A stretch of 23,155 nucleotides of DNA, from NCBI RefSeq assembly GCF_006345805.1, contig NW_021836664.1, positions 1 to 23,155 on the forward strand, written 5' to 3'. Below the pieces are notes generated by a model. That model was not told the DNA's origin. It made no database searches and saw only the letters and a program-made list of their open reading frames with translations. The position numbers and the translations under genes are program-made. The stretch is from Octopus sinensis (lineage: Eukaryota). This document shows positions 20,921 to 23,155 of this stretch, in pieces. Position 1 is the first letter of the stretch. Every line of letters starts with the position of its first letter.

Positions 20921-22065
20921 TGTTATGCGTTTAGCTAGTGCATTTCTTGGTGACCCACTTTGGAATGGTGGCGCCGGCACGTCTGGAAGAAAAGAGACAG
21001 TCCTTTGTTTACTGGGAGATTAATGAGTTTTGGATGGACCTTTCTGGCCTTGTGCGGTCGATTAGAGGTCGTTCTAAACACCCCTTGAAGAAGAGGAAGG
21101 AAAGTGGTGAGAGAGATAGAGTAAGGAATCTAAGAGCAGATAGAGAGGATATTAGCAGTGAGAGAGGAAGAGGGGGCAAAGAAGGACAGGCAGAGAGTAT
21201 GGCAGAGCTGTCATGAGAGGGTATGAGCGGTAGAGACAGAGGGAGATGAGGACAGTGGAAGTCAGGACAAGGAGGTGAGGTTTTGGCAGTTGGCAGTCGG
21301 TCGTCGAAGGGTACAGTCGGATTCTGGAAGTCAGAGCAAGTAGGTGGAATCTTGGGAGCAAGCGGTGCAGTCTTAGGAGCAAGCGGTTTGGCAAGCTGGA
21401 GTTGGCGGTATTGAGAGAGAGATGAGTGCAATATGGGACACTGGCGATTCTAATTAGGAATTAAGGTATTTGACTTGTATTGATACGTGTTACGATGTAA
21501 AAGAAAAGAAGAGAAAGAAGAGAGAAAAAGAAGAACTCTGATGTAGACGATAATGAACTTTGAATTGTAACGTGAATTGTTGTGATGCGAACATTGTATA
21601 ATGTATCGAAGTGTTCTGATTGGACTGTGATGTATCGTGAACATTATTTGATCTGAACTTGTTTGTCTATGAAATACTGTTATATTGTTACTTGCATGTT
21701 TAAATGCTTTGATCTGTTGCTAATATATATGACTTGTTGTGTCGTTACCGGACTGTTATATTGAGTAGTCACGTGCATGTCCTCCTTTAAATGTTTGCCT
21801 TAAATGCTTTGATGTTGTAACCATTGATTGTCGTATAAACTAGTTGTTAAATGTAAGCCAGTGTTGCCTCTGTTGCCTTGCCTGTTTTGGTGTCTCTCTT
21901 GGTTGCCTCTCTGTGTCTCTGTTGCCTTGCTGCGGTTGAGTCTTTCCTCTCTCCCTTCTCCGTCGAGTTTCCGTAGCTTAATCGCTGCAACGAACGGGCC
22001 CGTGCGTGTGAGGATTTCCGTAACAGTTCGAATCGCGGAGGTCCAACCCTGTGTGTGTCGTAACA
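20921..22065 (+). repeat. 3' LTR (1145 bp)
   Basis: TGTTA...TAACA; direct repeat of the 5' LTR. Confidence 0.92.
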
Positions 22066-22087
22066 ATATGTATATATATATATATTT

Positions 22088-22135
<48 letters not shown>

Positions 22136-22163
22136 ATATATATATTATTATATATATTATATG

Positions 22164-22243
<80 letters not shown>
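22066..22243. repeat. (TA)n microsatellite
   Basis: Direct reading; the left flank of the LTR element (17691-17728) is also TA-rich. Confidence 0.97.
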
Positions 22244-22246
<3 letters not shown>

Positions 22247-22250
22247 GTCT

Positions 22251-22453
22251 GTGTGGAGTCGCAAGGGCCTAGTGGTTAGGGCAGCGGACTCACGGTTGTA
22301 GGATCGCCGTTTCGATTCAGACTGGGTGTTGTGAGTGTTTAAAAGCTCCACGAGGTTCAGGGAGCGGGTTGGTGTGATGCACTCTTTCGCTATAACTATC
22401 TCCTTTCTTCTGTTGGCCTGCCACTTAGCCAGCAGGGTGGCGTCATTTGAATG
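22251..22453 (+). mobile_element. tRNA-derived SINE, 5' part (3'-truncated)
   Basis: A-box-like GGCCTAGTGGTT (22266-22277) and B-box-like GTTTCGATTC (22309-22318), followed by a non-tRNA body. Confidence 0.8.
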
Positions 22454-22722
22454 CTTCTTCCTCCACCAATCTCCTGTCTTTGAAAGAAATTTTCTTCACC
22501 AATTTCCTTCCGGTCATTCAAAATGTGACCGCATGTGTACCGTTGGCGATTGTTTTCCTCTGTCTTCCCTCCTCTAGATCTTTCCTTCTCGTATGTTTTC
22601 GACGAAGAGCTCCACCCGAAACGTTAAACCTCCTTCTTTCCTGAGCGTCCAATAAACTATATTTTTTGCACGTCCTCACGTTGTTGTTTTTTTATGCTTT
22701 CTTGTTTGGATTAAATTTAACT
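22454..22722 (+). mobile_element. Penelope-like pseudo-LTR/tail fragment (copy B)
   Basis: Colinear homolog of 350-630. Confidence 0.6.
22595..22629 (+). ncRNA. Degenerate minimal hammerhead ribozyme (copy B)
   Basis: GTTT-TCGACGA-A-GAGC-TCC-ACCC-GAAAC-GTT-AAAC. GAAAC is intact, stem II is broken, and the core carries C3U and U4C. Confidence 0.5.
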
Positions 22723-22805
22723 ATATATATACATGTATATATAATAATGAATATATATATATAGATATATATATATATATATATATTATGTGAAAATATG
22801 TGTGT

Positions 22806-22843
<38 letters not shown>

Positions 22844-22847
<4 letters not shown>

Positions 22848-23155
22848 AGCGGACATACCGGCATTGCTTGGATTAAATTGGCCAAAGTTGGTATATATAT
22901 ATATTCCAGTCATTTTGAAAAGGTGATATGGGAAAGTGCAACATTGACAACAAAACATTTGTAGAGTAAATGCTGGGCTAATTCGACTAAGCAACATGCT
23001 ATGCGTCCGTTTGGAGAGTTTCAGCCCTAACCTGTCATGCAAAATTGGAGGTGGGTTTTGAGTGATTTTTGAACGCACCGAAAAGCTGTCAGTGGATATA
23101 CTCTCCTTTGCAGCAGTGTGTGCTGTGTCTAACACGACTCAACATCGGAAATTTT
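22844..23155 (+). repeat. Segmental duplication block, copy B (paralog of 2998-3310; runs off the window)
   Basis: Direct colinear similarity to 2998-3310. Confidence 0.9.

Larger units (their letters stand above)
17729..22065 (+). mobile_element. Non-autonomous Gypsy-derived LTR retroelement (4337 bp) with outer inverted termini
   Basis: TG...CA ends, two LTRs of about 1.1-1.2 kb, PBS, PPT, internal ORF with Gypsy RT remnants, and ATAT on both flanks (17725-17728, 22066-22069). Confidence 0.92.

Noticed and set aside
22251-22325. tRNA gene
   Set aside because: Has A/B boxes but no proper acceptor stem and continues into a SINE body.
22251-22629. Functional SINE-hammerhead chimera transcribed by Pol III
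   Set aside because: T4 runs lie between the SINE head and the ribozyme motif, the motif is degenerate, and copy A lacks the SINE; likely chance adjacency.

Overview
Repeat-rich animal genomic DNA, most likely an octopod cephalopod (inferred from the SINE and repeat types I recognise, not verified). The window holds the last three coding exons (3698-3749, 6585-6659, 9171-9667, + strand) of a gene for a spongin short-chain collagen C4 / collagen IV NC1-related domain with no collagen helix. A probable first exon of the next tandem paralog lies at 15489-15631 and encodes a type II membrane anchor once one missing T is restored. The intron segment at the window start (350-3310) recurs at the window end (22454-23155), which points to a tandem gene array with a period of about 22 kb. 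Mobile DNA includes a 5'-truncated RTE LINE present in only one paralog, an old antisense RTE, two non-autonomous RTE-derived elements, two SINE pieces, a MITE-like foldback and two Penelope-type tails with degenerate minimal hammerhead ribozymes. The most unusual feature is a 4.3-kb non-autonomous Gypsy-derived LTR element (17729-22065). It has LTRs, PBS and PPT, but also near-perfect 60-bp outer terminal inverted repeats, and an intact 584-aa ORF that lacks the RT catalytic core. All comparisons were done by eye.
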